A stretch of 64,000 nucleotides of DNA from an uncultured Methylomirabilota bacterium (GCA_963705305.1 OY970067.1:448001-512000); one strand, 5' to 3'; counted from the first letter of the stretch, positions 20,554 through 30,601 are shown. Numbers and translations are program-made. The notes: generated by a model not told the origin, from the letters alone.

Positions 20554-20870
20554 TATCCCCGTGCTCCCGGTCCTGCCTATCGCAACGCGACGACTCGAGC
20601 GTCCGCCGCCGTTGCCTCGGTAATGCCGGAGTCAGCCTCCCCGGCGATCAAGACCTCTCCCCCGCGACGGGACGAGCGGGCCCGCCGGGTACGTCGGGTT
20701 GAACTGAACCACTGGCCTACAGGCTATGCGAATTGTATCTGACCTCGGGGGTCGAGGGAAGGATCTTCTGACCCATTGATTAGGTACGGCTCATGGCGTA
20801 GAATCCGGCTCGAGCTCTGGGCGGCGGCGGCAGCTTTGCGGACCACATCACGGACGAAAGGAGTCGTGCC

Positions 20871-21506
20871 ATGCGACGACTGCTGGGAGTGGCAGGCGGA
20901 TGCGTTCTGGCCCTGACCGTGTGGACGCTGGCCGTGCAGGCGCAGCAGCCCCCGGCCCAGCAACCCGCCTACTGGTACTACTGCCCGAACCCCCCGGGCT
21001 ACTACCCCTACGTCAAGGAGTGCCCGCCAGGCTGGATGACCGTGGCCCCGTCCCCGGCCGGCCAGCCCGGAACCCCGGCAGCGCCGTCCGGCGCTTTCGC
21101 CTACCAGGTGCCGTTCCTCACCCTCGTCCTGTCCCACGGGCAGGAATTGGGGCTCACCCCGGACCAGCTCCAGAAGCTCCAGGAGCTGCGCACGGCCTTC
21201 GACAAGGAGGCGGTCGCCCGGGGCGCGCTCATCCGGGCGGCGCAGGGCGCCCTGAACGCCCTCCTCGAGCAGGACCAGTGGGATCTGCCGGCCATCGACG
21301 CCAAAGTGCATGAGGTCGCCACCCTGCAGGCGGACCAGCAGTTCGCGGCGATCAAGACGGTCGCGGCGGGGGAGGCGCTCCTCACGCCGGCGCAGTTGCA
21401 GAAACTGGACGCGATCGGGCAGTGGAGCCCGTCCCCGGGCGGCCCGGCGCCGGCGGGGCCCCGGCCACCGTCGAGCCCCGGCGGACCCCCGGCCCCGCAG
21501 GGGTAA
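20871..21506 (+). CDS. Exported protein: YWYYC...YYPYV module fused to a Spy/CpxP-like helical domain
   Basis: AAGGAG RBS, signal peptide, and the LTxxQ motifs ELGLTPDQ and LLTPAQ. Confidence 0.78.
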   Translation: MRRLLGVAGGCVLALTVWTLAVQAQQPPAQQPAYWYYCPNPPGYYPYVKECPPGWMTVAPSPAGQPGTPAAPSGAFAYQVPFLTLVLSHGQELGLTPDQLQKLQELRTAFDKEAVARGALIRAAQGALNALLEQDQWDLPAIDAKVHEVATLQADQQFAAIKTVAAGEALLTPAQLQKLDAIGQWSPSPGGPAPAGPRPPSSPGGPPAPQG

Positions 21507-21659
21507 TCCGAGGCTTCGACTCCTCCTGCGGAGGCGGGTCGCCTGCGGACGAGCGGCGCTGCGCCTACCCGCCGCTTCCCGAGAGGTGTCGGGCGGATTC
21601 CACCGGGCGCCTTCCCCGGAATCACGCGTAATGGGGGGACGGTCCCGGATTACAGAGAC

Positions 21660-21887
21660 GGCGGCACTCACCGAAATCGCGGAGCGGGGATTCGAGGCCA
21701 GAGGTGTGACCTTCCGACAGATCGAGGGAAAGCTCTGGGAGGTACGGATCGGCCCCCACCGGTTTTCTATGTGTTGCTCCGCCAGGAGGAGATGGTGCTG
21801 CTCCACGCCTATCGGAAACAGACCCAGAAAGCGCCGGCGCGGCAGCCAGAGATCGCGCGGCGCCGGATGCAGGAGGTGCTGCGATGA
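21660..21887 (+). pseudogene. RelE/ParE (Gp49-like) toxin, N-terminally truncated and frameshifted
   Basis: AALTEIAERG...RQIEGKLWEVRIGPHR, then after a shift FYVLLRQEEMVLLHAYRKQTQKAP...RRMQEVLR*. Its stop overlaps the antitoxin start (ATGA). Confidence 0.75.
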
Positions 21888-22207
21888 AGGGAAGGCGTCA
21901 GGCAGGGACAGATGACGTGCTGGCGCATCTCGCCGCGCTCCGGACCGGCATGACCGCCAAGGAGCGTGCGTCCTACGATGAGCGGGTCCTGGCCATTCGC
22001 ACCGTGCTGGAACTGGTCGAGCTGCGACAGAAGCGCCGCGTCTCCCAGCGGACGCTCGCCGAGCGCATGGGGGTCAGCCAGCCGGTGATCGCCCGGCTGG
22101 AGAAACCGCTCGAGCCGACGTGGCGGCAGCCGTCCCTGTGCGTGCTCCCGCGACATGCCGCCGCTCTCGGTTTGGTCCTGGAGGTGCGTCTCCGCCCCGC
22201 GGCCTGA
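21884..22207 (+). CDS. XRE-family HTH antitoxin
   Basis: Motif LRQKRRVSQRTLAERMGVSQPVIARLE, coupled to the toxin. Confidence 0.8.
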   Translation: MKGRRQAGTDDVLAHLAALRTGMTAKERASYDERVLAIRTVLELVELRQKRRVSQRTLAERMGVSQPVIARLEKPLEPTWRQPSLCVLPRHAAALGLVLEVRLRPAA

Positions 22208-22581
22208 TCCGATCGCTCGGCGCCCGACGTTCCTCGCCATGGCGTCCATCCCCCATGCGGTCAGTCCACTCAGCGCACAACGCAATCCGCCCGGTCCGAC
22301 GAGGGGAACTCGCCTCGGAGCACGCATCCGGATACCGGAAACACAACGACCCGGATTGCCAGGATGGATCGGGCGAGGCCGTTGCTCTGGAGGATTCCGA
22401 GACCTTCTTTTGCACTGATCGGGGAACGCAGGGCACGCAGCGCCCGGGGTCATGGCAGGGTCAGCTGAGGCTATGTGAATATTGCAGGGCGTCCCGCGGT
22501 AGATCGGAAGTACCGGACCTGCGCCGCCTCTGACAAGTTGTTTTAGAACCTACGTCCCGGATTATAATTGGACCTTCAACC

Positions 22582-23772
22582 TTGCATCGTATGTCAAGCG
22601 AGAACGCCCAGCCGTTTCCGCTCTTTCCCATTCTATTCGTCACGACAATATTCTATTTGACTTTTGTCTCCCGGATCATCATGGGTCCCCTTTTGCCGGT
22701 GATCGAGAAGGAAATGGCCTGGGGCCACGGACAGGCCGGCTCGATTTTCCTTTACATAGCCGTAGGCTATGGCCTCGGGCTTCTCTTTGCCGGTTCTGTC
22801 TCCTCCCGTCTCAATCATCACCGCACCCTCGCCCTGTCGAGCGCTCTCGTGGGGGCATCCTTGATTGCCCTCGCTCTCTCCAGCACAGTCATTGCGATGC
22901 GCCTGGAACTGATGCTCCTGGGACTCCCGGCCGGATTCTATCTTCCCTCCGGGGTTGCCGCTTTGACGGATTTAGCCTCCCAGGAACGCTGGGGGAAAAC
23001 CATGTCCATCCATGAGCTGGGCCCGAATTTGGGCTACATCACCGCTCCCCTGATTGCCGAAGGATTGATACGGCTCTTCCCCTGGCGGGGGGCTCTTGCG
23101 GCCCTGGGTGTCCTGTCGGTATTCACGGGACTCCTGTTCTTGCTCCTGGGCCGGGGTGGAGAAGGCAGAGGAGAGCCTCCTCGCTGGGAAACGATGCAGG
23201 GAATTCTCAGAACTCCGACCCTCTGGGTTCTGATCGCGTTCTTCACCATCTCGATCGGAGCCAGTGTCGGCGTGTATTCCATGATGCCACTTTTCCTAGT
23301 GAGCGAGGTCGGACTCGAACGACGATGGGCCAATACCCTCATCGCCATCTCGCGCATTTCTGCTACCATCCTCCTTTTTGGGGCCGGCCTGTTGACAGAC
23401 CGCTTTGGCCCGAAGAAAGCGATGACCTTTTATTTGAGCATGACCGGCCTCTTAACCCTCGCCCTCGGATTCTTTCATGACTCGACATGGATCATCCCCA
23501 TGTTCTTTCTTCAGACCACGGCCGGGGCCTCTCTATTTCCCATCGGCTACACGATCCTTTCCCTCACTTTCCCTAACCCCCGGCGTAGCTCCGCCGTCTC
23601 GCTCAGCTTCTTCTTTGCCTTTCTCATGGGTGGAGGCCTTACGCCTACTGCCATCGGCTATTGGGCGGAGGCTTTTTCTTTCTCCTCGGCATTGATGCTT
23701 CTCGGAATCTTCTTCTTAGGATTGCTCCCCCTTTTCCTTCGTATGGGAAGCAAAATAAATTTTTCAAGATAA
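22582..23772 (+). CDS. MFS transporter
   Basis: About 12 TM helices and the LTDRFGPKK motif. Confidence 0.88.
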   Translation: MHRMSSENAQPFPLFPILFVTTIFYLTFVSRIIMGPLLPVIEKEMAWGHGQAGSIFLYIAVGYGLGLLFAGSVSSRLNHHRTLALSSALVGASLIALALSSTVIAMRLELMLLGLPAGFYLPSGVAALTDLASQERWGKTMSIHELGPNLGYITAPLIAEGLIRLFPWRGALAALGVLSVFTGLLFLLLGRGGEGRGEPPRWETMQGILRTPTLWVLIAFFTISIGASVGVYSMMPLFLVSEVGLERRWANTLIAISRISATILLFGAGLLTDRFGPKKAMTFYLSMTGLLTLALGFFHDSTWIIPMFFLQTTAGASLFPIGYTILSLTFPNPRRSSAVSLSFFFAFLMGGGLTPTAIGYWAEAFSFSSALMLLGIFFLGLLPLFLRMGSKINFSR

Positions 23773-23862
23773 TGGTTGCGCTCGTTGGGCCGCGCTACGT
23801 CGATTGGATTACGTACGTCCTCTTGAGCCTGTCGTGCCAGCCTCAATTGGCTCATAAACAAC

Positions 23863-23929
23863 CCGTAACGGCTAGGACAACGCGCGGGTTGCCGCGAGGC
23901 CAACCGGCGCGTTGAGTCGTTTGTTATGC
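23863..23929 (-). other. Integron attC-like recombination site
   Basis: Minus strand reads GCATAAC-aaacg-actcaacgcgccggttgg...caacccgcgcgttgtc-ctagcc-GTTACGG, an imperfect palindrome 12 nt after the stop of the gene at 23942. Confidence 0.65.
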
Positions 23930-23941
23930 GGCTCCCGCGAT

Positions 23942-24682
23942 CTAAATGGCGAGCAAGAGCTTCAAACCCAACAGCCCGCCCAGACTGACAAAGAGATACT
24001 TTATGAATCTAGCTCCTTTCCGTCGACCAACGAGCGAACCAAGGTATGCGCCCGCCACACCACCGAGAGTGGAGGGAACGATTAGTCCGATGTCCCCAAA
24101 CCCCCAATGCAAGAAGAGAACGGCAGAGAAAAGGCACCAGACAAAGGAAATGCAATAGTAGTAACCAAGCGCCAACGCGAGGTCGAATCCCCGGGTTTTG
24201 GCGAGCAGAGAAGAGGTAAAGATGCCATTGCCCGAGCCAAAAAAAGCCTCGTAAAAACCGAGGGGAATGGCAAGCAAAGAAGCGAGTACACGGGATGCTG
24301 CAGGGGCCTTCACTTCAACTCCAAATTCCTTGTGAATGAGCGCAAACGCAACGAGGCAGAGAATAACCCCGCCGATAATTCGCTGCAGAAGCTGCGACTC
24401 AACGCTGACGAAGAGAATGCTTCCAAGATAAGCACTTAAAAGCCCACAGACGGCCAAACCGGCAAGAAGTCTCCAATCAACGTCCCGAGATCGCAAATAA
24501 TTCCACGCGGCTATTGGCGTCCAAACGGCACCATTCACCTTGTTGGCAGCCTGCGCGGCTGGAAGCGAATAGCCCAGCATGAGCCATACCGGAACTGTAA
24601 TGAGTGCGGATCCCGCACCACTCATTGAGCTTAGCAGCGTCGCGGTGAAAGAGATTGCCAGAATTAAAAGAGATGTAATCAA
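23942..24682 (-). CDS. Sulfite exporter TauE/SafE-family protein (cassette-like)
   Basis: Motifs SSMSGAGSALITVP and GFYEAFFGSGNG, about 8 TM segments, lower GC, followed by an attC-like site. The start codon is TTG. Confidence 0.85.
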   Translation of the reverse strand: MITSLLILAISFTATLLSSMSGAGSALITVPVWLMLGYSLPAAQAANKVNGAVWTPIAAWNYLRSRDVDWRLLAGLAVCGLLSAYLGSILFVSVESQLLQRIIGGVILCLVAFALIHKEFGVEVKAPAASRVLASLLAIPLGFYEAFFGSGNGIFTSSLLAKTRGFDLALALGYYYCISFVWCLFSAVLFLHWGFGDIGLIVPSTLGGVAGAYLGSLVGRRKGARFIKYLFVSLGGLLGLKLLLAI

Positions 24683-25440
24683 AGAAGATTCCCGGGCGGC
24701 ACTTCAATATTTGTCGGACTACATATCTTGCATCGGATCAGCACTAGCCCTTGCCTCCTGGCCTTATTCTGGCCCTGGCAAATCATGGAGATATAGAATG
24801 GGACGGAATAACACCCCCTGGATTGCCGGAGAGAAGTCAGGGGAACCGTCGGTGGCAGCATATCGCCGATCGCACGGGGGTTTTTGACCCAAAACCCAAG
24901 AACTGGTCCAGGTGAAAGTTGAGGATTTCGGCCTCTGAGGTGCCCCCGGAAGCTGGTCCAAAAAAAGTTGAATTTTCGGCCTCCGTGGTTCGAATTAGCC
25001 CGAGTTCTCGGGCATTTAGGGGTCTGTTGATACCCACGTGAGTGCCTCAACCAACAGGCGCGAGTCCGGCCCACGGGGATCGGGTTCCGGCGGCCCCATT
25101 GTAATGGAGCCGCTGCCCGAGGTCCACGGCTATTGGTGGAAGGGGCAGTTAAACGGCGGGGCGGCCCTGGAGGGCGCGCAAAAATACCTTGGGTGCCGGG
25201 GGAGGGAATCGAGCCCTCATGAGGTTGCCCTCGCGGGATTTTGAGTTCTCTACGCCCGGTTTCGCCTCACCTCGTTTGGGGCCTGATTCTAACGAATTCA
25301 CGCTGTTAGCGGAAGGACGCTCAAGGGTGAAAACCCATGTTCACCGATGGTGACCGATCGTTCTGACACAGTTTTGACACAGTCGGACGACCATGCGCTC
25401 GGGCGGGTCACGCGGCTTTTACCCATACCAGCCCCGTCGG

Positions 25441-25779
25441 TCATCGTGGTGGATCTTCAGCGAGGCCCGATAGCTCGAGGACCCGATCGGACATCTGCCT
25501 CGCGCGGAAGGCAAACAAGCTCCGAGCCGCCTCCACCGGCCAGATCCGGTGCCAGCGACACAGCTTCCGGTGGATGTTCACCAGGTCCTCGGTGGCACTC
25601 TCTCCTGCCCATTCGATCATCGAGGCCGTCTCCTGGAGCAATCCCACTACGGTTTCAGGATCCCGGCCCATCTGGAGCCAGTGGCTCATCCGCAGAAGAT
25701 TCGACGCAATGTTGCCCAGCCGGCGGTCGCGTCCATCCCGCAGAAACCGCTCCCGAAGAGCCGAGACATCTCTCGTCAA
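25441..25779 (-). CDS. Hypothetical protein coupled to the DUF5674 gene
   Basis: Start overlaps the upstream stop (TTGA). Sequence LRERFLRDG..RRLGNIASNL.R is helical and protein-like. Confidence 0.6.
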   Translation of the reverse strand: MTRDVSALRERFLRDGRDRRLGNIASNLLRMSHWLQMGRDPETVVGLLQETASMIEWAGESATEDLVNIHRKLCRWHRIWPVEAARSLFAFRARQMSDRVLELSGLAEDPPR

Positions 25780-26119
25780 CGCGCTGTCCCCTCAAACACG
25801 GCCCGCACGACGCGCTCGATCCTTGCCCGCAGGGCCGGATCCTGAACCTCCATCGACCGTTGCCCTGCCGAGGCCGGATGTTGACCAAGGCACCGAAAGT
25901 CACGGTTCGACTCTCCGGGTACCAATCGGCCCCCCAGATGTCCTCCTGCTGGCTCCCCCGCTCGATGAGGACTTCCTCGCAGTCCGCGTGATACTCGCCG
26001 CCACCGACCACGACCGCCTGCGGCACATCGACCGCCAGCTTGATATAGCTTCCTTGGGCCTCGAGCATCTCCTGCAATTGATCGCGCGTCGGCGTTTGGC
26101 GGAGCAGGTGAAGCCTCAT
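25776..26119 (-). pseudogene. DUF5674-family protein, frameshifted
   Basis: YIKLAVDV...GGEYHADCEEVL..GS.QEDIWGADWYP...NIRPRQGN, then after a shift near 25859 RSMEVQDPALRARIERVV. Confidence 0.75.
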
Positions 26120-26516
26120 GGGGTGGCGGAGCCTCTCTTGCACATGTCATGACGGCTTGATCCCGGAGGATGCACCCAGGAGAGTACCTCAAGACTGCGG
26201 AGGCACGCAAGCCCTATCGGCCGTAGCCGACGGTGCTCACCTTATACAGCAGGGCTTCGGCCTGCCTTGCGGCGCCGCTTGAACCTATTGATAGGCTGGA
26301 AGATCGGACCCGCGGCGCAAAGGGACAGACTCCCCCTCCTGCCTGTTTCTCAAGACCCCACTCCACTGTCTCTGCTTTTCGGTCACCACGCTCACCACCG
26401 CCGCCCCCACCCTTTTCGTCTCGTCTGGCCCTGAGACTTTCAGGAGGATTCCCCCTTGCCCCGTCCTTCGGAGTCTGCTACATTCAGGAATAATTTAACC
26501 CAATCTGAGTCGAAAA

Positions 26517-27680
26517 ATGGAATTTCAGAGTCGATTCTTCAAGCTCCCAGCCCAGAGCTTCTTCCTCTTTGGGCCGAGGGGGACAGGGAAGTCCACCTGG
26601 CTCAGGCACGAGCTCCCGGGGGCGCTCTTCGTGGACCTCCTCCGGCCCGAAGTCTACCGCGAGCTGAGCGCCCGCCCGGAGCGCTTGCGTGAGCTCGTCC
26701 TCGGGGCCCCCGAGCGCGACACGGTGGTAGTGGACGAGGTCCAACGAATCCCCGAGTTGCTGAATGTCGTCCATGAACTCCTCGAATCTCGCCAGCGGAA
26801 GCGCTTTGTGCTCACCGGCTCGAGCGCCCGGAAGTTGCGGCGTGGGGGGGTGGATCTCCTGGCCGGACGCGCGCTCCTCCGGACCCTCCACCCCTTCATG
26901 GCGGCAGAATTGCCTCGGTTCCGCCTCGAGGAGGCGCTCCAGCGCGGACTCTTGCCTCTCGTCGTCGCCTCCGCCAAGCCCGAGGAGACGTTGGGTGCCT
27001 ACGCCTCCCTGTACCTGGAGCAAGAGGTGCGGGCTGAAGGCCTCACCCGAAATGTCGGAAACTTCGCCCGCTTCCTGGAGGTGATCAGCTTCTCCCATGC
27101 CAGTGTGCTGAACGTGAGCAACGTCGCCCGCGAGTGCCAGATCGAGCGGAAGACGGTGGCGGGCTTTGTGGAGGTGCTAGAGGATCTCTTGCTCTCCTTC
27201 CGGGTGCCGGTCTTCACGAAGCGGGCGCGGCGCGAGGTGGCGGCGCACCCGAAGCTGTACCTCTTCGATGCCGGCGTTTACCGCTCGCTCCGGCCCCACG
27301 GCCCCCTCGACCGGCCCGCCGAGATCGACGGCGCCGCGCTGGAGGGCCTGGTCGCCCAGCACCTCCGCGCCTGGCTGGCCTACTCGCCCACCCCGGCCGA
27401 CTTGTGCTATTGGCGCACGCGGTCCGGCGTGGAAATCGACTTCGTAGTCTACGGGCGAGCGGGCTTCTGGGCCATTGAGGTCAAGAATGCCGCCCGCGTC
27501 CATCCGCAGGATCTGCGCTCCCTGAAGGCCTTTGTCGCCGATTACCCGGCATGCACGCCGATCCTCCTGTACCGCGGGAGAGAACGACTGCTCACAGAGA
27601 AGGTCTGGTGCATCCCGGTCGAGGAATTCCTCGAACACCTTCGCCCGTCGCAGAGGCTGCTTGCCTGGCTCCAGAAATGA
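26517..27680 (+). CDS. AAA+ ATPase with DUF4143 domain
   Basis: Walker A GPRGTGKST, VVVDEVQ, LTGSSAR, PKLYLFDAG, and YWRTRSGVEIDFV...IEVK. Confidence 0.92.
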   Translation: MEFQSRFFKLPAQSFFLFGPRGTGKSTWLRHELPGALFVDLLRPEVYRELSARPERLRELVLGAPERDTVVVDEVQRIPELLNVVHELLESRQRKRFVLTGSSARKLRRGGVDLLAGRALLRTLHPFMAAELPRFRLEEALQRGLLPLVVASAKPEETLGAYASLYLEQEVRAEGLTRNVGNFARFLEVISFSHASVLNVSNVARECQIERKTVAGFVEVLEDLLLSFRVPVFTKRARREVAAHPKLYLFDAGVYRSLRPHGPLDRPAEIDGAALEGLVAQHLRAWLAYSPTPADLCYWRTRSGVEIDFVVYGRAGFWAIEVKNAARVHPQDLRSLKAFVADYPACTPILLYRGRERLLTEKVWCIPVEEFLEHLRPSQRLLAWLQK

Positions 27681-27744
27681 TTGGCTTTGGCCTGCGGGTT
27701 CCGGTCGGGCCCTCGGACCCCCGTCGATGTCCCAACTCTGTGGA

Positions 27745-27880
27745 CCGACCTGCCCTTCCCGAACGAGGTCGGGACGCCACTGTACCCTCGCAATGTCCGG
27801 CGCCGCCACGCTGCACCGATCATGGAGAAGCTTGGCACGTCCGGTATCACCTCTCACGGCCTGCGCCGGACATTCATCGC
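27745..27880 (+). pseudogene. Tyrosine recombinase (phage integrase) fragment
   Basis: DLPFPNEVGTPLYPRNVRRRH...GITSHGLRRTF contains the HxLR box. Confidence 0.6.
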
Positions 27881-28451
27881 TGTCCGTGCGCAGGCGAAAA
27901 CCCATTTCGCGCGCGAGTTCCTGATCAACTCTTTCTCGTAGCGACCGGTCTTTTTATATCGCTTGGCCCCTGCCATAACGCCCGTGACCTCGGGCTTGTC
28001 CACGCAGGCCTGGCTTGAGATGCCCACCTAAGGGATTCATGCGAGTCTGATTCCCTCCCCGGCGCCTCACGCAGTAAGCACCGCCGGGCGAACCAAGAGC
28101 GCTCGGCCGCCAGGGGACAGGGCTTTGTCGCTCTGCGGGGGTGGGCTGTCCGGAAATCAGCCCGTTCAGAGAATGGCCTTGCATTGGAGCTCCCTCCTCC
28201 GGTAGGGTGACGCCATTCGGGCATCCAGTGCTCGTGCGGGGAAACGGCTGATGCTCCCAGCATCGGCATATCCACTGAGACCCGGCATAATGCGGTTCTT
28301 CCGTCGCCCCAGACGGTCTCCTGCGCCGTCTGCCTTCGGGCGCGCGCCCACCCAGCGGTTCGCCTGTCCTTGCAAACTCAGCCCCACGGTTCGTCTGCTG
28401 CTCTCCACCCCCGTGGGGGCAACCCCATGAACCAGCACGAGGGGGCCGGCC

Positions 28452-29417
28452 ATGGCCCAGCACGAAGCCTTGAAGCAGGCCGTGATCAGTGGCCGTATGG
28501 CCCAGGTGAAGGAGCTGACCCAGCAGGCCCTGGACGCGGGGGCGAACCCCCAGGAGGTCCTGGACCAGGGCCTCATCCCCGCCATGGACCTCGTGGGGCA
28601 GAAGTTCTCGTGCCAGGAGTTCTTCATCCCGGAGATGCTGATCGCCGCCCGGGCGATGCAGGCGGGCATCGCGATCTTGAAGCCGCGGCTGGCCGCCCAG
28701 GGCGGCAAGCCGCGGGGCACGGTGGTCATCGGGACGGTGCAAGGGGACCTCCACGACATCGGGAAGAACCTGGTGGGCCTCATGCTCCAGGGCGGCGGCT
28801 TCGAGGTGGTGGACCTCGGCGCCGACGTGAAGCCCGAGCGATTCGTGGGGGCCGTCACGACCTCCCAGCCCCAGTTCGTGATGATGAGCGCGCTGCTCAC
28901 GACGACGATGCTGTCCATGAAGGCGACGATCGAGCAGTTGGAGGTCGCCGGCGTCCGCTCCCAGGTCAAGGTCGGCGTGGGCGGGGCCCCCGTCACCCAG
29001 CGGTTCTGCGACGAGATCGGGGCGGACTTCTACGCGGCCGACGCCACCGGAGCCGTGGGGCAGGCGAAGGCGTTGTTGTCGGCGCAGAAATGCTACGAGC
29101 GGTATGGCGCGCGTCGCGGGGATGCCGATCATGGCAGGGCGGACCACGAGCCCCCCCGCAGGACGGCACGATTACCTGCTTCCGGTACAGGGGGTCATGA
29201 TCCTCGGCACAGAGAGCCGGATGATCACAACGATGCTGCACGGATTCCGAGGCGTGGGGTGTCCGTACTCGGCCGCATTGCCTGCCCACGGTCAGCCCCG
29301 CCCGCCTCGGCCCTGGTGCCGCACCATGCCGCATACTATCGGCGGGTCAGCCATCTCGGCACTCTGGGCGTCCCCCGGCGGCCACAAAGAAGGAGGAACG
29401 CCCGATGCCTGAAATGA
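28452..29417 (+). CDS. Corrinoid (cobalamin-binding) protein with an atypical C-terminal run-on
   Basis: Motifs FFIPEMLIAARAM, GTVQGDLHDIGKNLV, SALLTTT and GGAP. The homologous part ends at about 29080. Confidence 0.9.
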   Translation: MAQHEALKQAVISGRMAQVKELTQQALDAGANPQEVLDQGLIPAMDLVGQKFSCQEFFIPEMLIAARAMQAGIAILKPRLAAQGGKPRGTVVIGTVQGDLHDIGKNLVGLMLQGGGFEVVDLGADVKPERFVGAVTTSQPQFVMMSALLTTTMLSMKATIEQLEVAGVRSQVKVGVGGAPVTQRFCDEIGADFYAADATGAVGQAKALLSAQKCYERYGARRGDADHGRADHEPPRRTARLPASGTGGHDPRHREPDDHNDAARIPRRGVSVLGRIACPRSAPPASALVPHHAAYYRRVSHLGTLGVPRRPQRRRNARCLK

Positions 29418-30541
29418 CACGCCGAGAGAGAATCCTCGCCTCCGCCCATAAGCAACGGGCGGATAAGCTCCCATTTTTCCACTGGTGGCGCCATATGCAG
29501 ACGGGCTGGGCGGAGCGGGAGTGCCGGAACCGCGGCATGGGGATCGCCTGGCTCCGGCCTCCCTATGTCACCCGGATGCACGGGGTCGAGGTGACCGAGG
29601 CCCGGGCGGTGGTGGGGGGCCGATCGATCATTCGCCGGACCTACTCGACGCCCGTCGGGGCGGTCTTCGAGGACGAGTTTCGCGAGCCGGGGACCGGCCA
29701 ATGGCACGCCAACCGGAGCTGGCGCAGCGTCACGCCCTGGTTGACCTCGCACCTCATCAAGGAGCCTGAGGACTACAAGGTCGTCAAGTACATCGCCGAG
29801 AATACCGAATACGTCGCCGACTACTTCCCGATCGATCAAGCGACGGAGTGGCTCGGCGAGGAGGGGATCGTGCTGGACAACCTCCCCCACTCGCCGCTCC
29901 AGATGCTCCTGATCTTCTGGGTGGGGAGCGAGGGGGGCCGCTGCTTCCTGCATCTTGCCGACTACCCAGACCTCGTGGAGGATCTCCTCCGCGCCGTCTC
30001 CAGGAGTCGGGAGCCCATGTACGAGATTGCCGCCAAATCGGCGGCCCCCGTGTCCTTCTGCGGGGACAACATCGACGGGGGGCTCATGGGGGCGCGGCTC
30101 TTTGAACGATACTGCATGCCCGAGTACGAGAAGCAGGCCCAGATCCTGCACCGGCACGACAAGCTCATGGCCGTCCACATGGATGGCCGCCTGGACAATA
30201 TCAAGCACCTGATTCCCAGGACCCCCATCGACATCATCGAAGCCTTCCATCCCTTGCCGATGGGCGACCTCCCGCTGGCCGAAGCCCTCACCCTCTGGAA
30301 GGACAAGGTGATCTGGATGGGCTTCCCCGATTCGGTCTTTCAGATGGGGCCCCAGGCCACGCGGGAGCACATGCTGAATCTGCTCGTGGCAGCCGTGCCG
30401 GGGGACCGGTTCGCGGTCGAGATGTCCACCGAGAACCCGGTCTCCAACGAGAATCTATGTGCGCTGACCTCCGTACTGGAGAAAGCAGAGCTCCCCCTCA
30501 CGCCAGAGGCGGTGGAATGCACGGCGCGGGCTCTCAGGTGA
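29405..30541 (+). CDS. Uroporphyrinogen decarboxylase/MtaA-like methyltransferase family protein
   Basis: MTRRERIL start, GDNIDG, VHMDG and DIIEAF...PMGD, next to the corrinoid protein. Confidence 0.75.
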   Translation: MPEMTRRERILASAHKQRADKLPFFHWWRHMQTGWAERECRNRGMGIAWLRPPYVTRMHGVEVTEARAVVGGRSIIRRTYSTPVGAVFEDEFREPGTGQWHANRSWRSVTPWLTSHLIKEPEDYKVVKYIAENTEYVADYFPIDQATEWLGEEGIVLDNLPHSPLQMLLIFWVGSEGGRCFLHLADYPDLVEDLLRAVSRSREPMYEIAAKSAAPVSFCGDNIDGGLMGARLFERYCMPEYEKQAQILHRHDKLMAVHMDGRLDNIKHLIPRTPIDIIEAFHPLPMGDLPLAEALTLWKDKVIWMGFPDSVFQMGPQATREHMLNLLVAAVPGDRFAVEMSTENPVSNENLCALTSVLEKAELPLTPEAVECTARALR

Positions 30542-30601
30542 GGGAGTGCGGCGACCGGCCGCGCGGAAACCGTCGGAACGCAACACGAGGAGGGACCGGA
30601 G

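Noticed and set aside
24903..24983. Possible CRISPR mini-array
   Set aside because: Only two imperfect units with a short spacer, and no cas genes in the window.
25285..25312. attC-like half sites (also about 2325-2345, 58770-58795 and 63875-63885)
   Set aside because: They have YYAAC boxes without a complete paired L/R structure of adequate length.
27950..28450. Cobalamin or SAM riboswitch upstream of the corrinoid gene
   Set aside because: No B12-box or SAM consensus is recognisable by eye. An Rfam scan would settle it.
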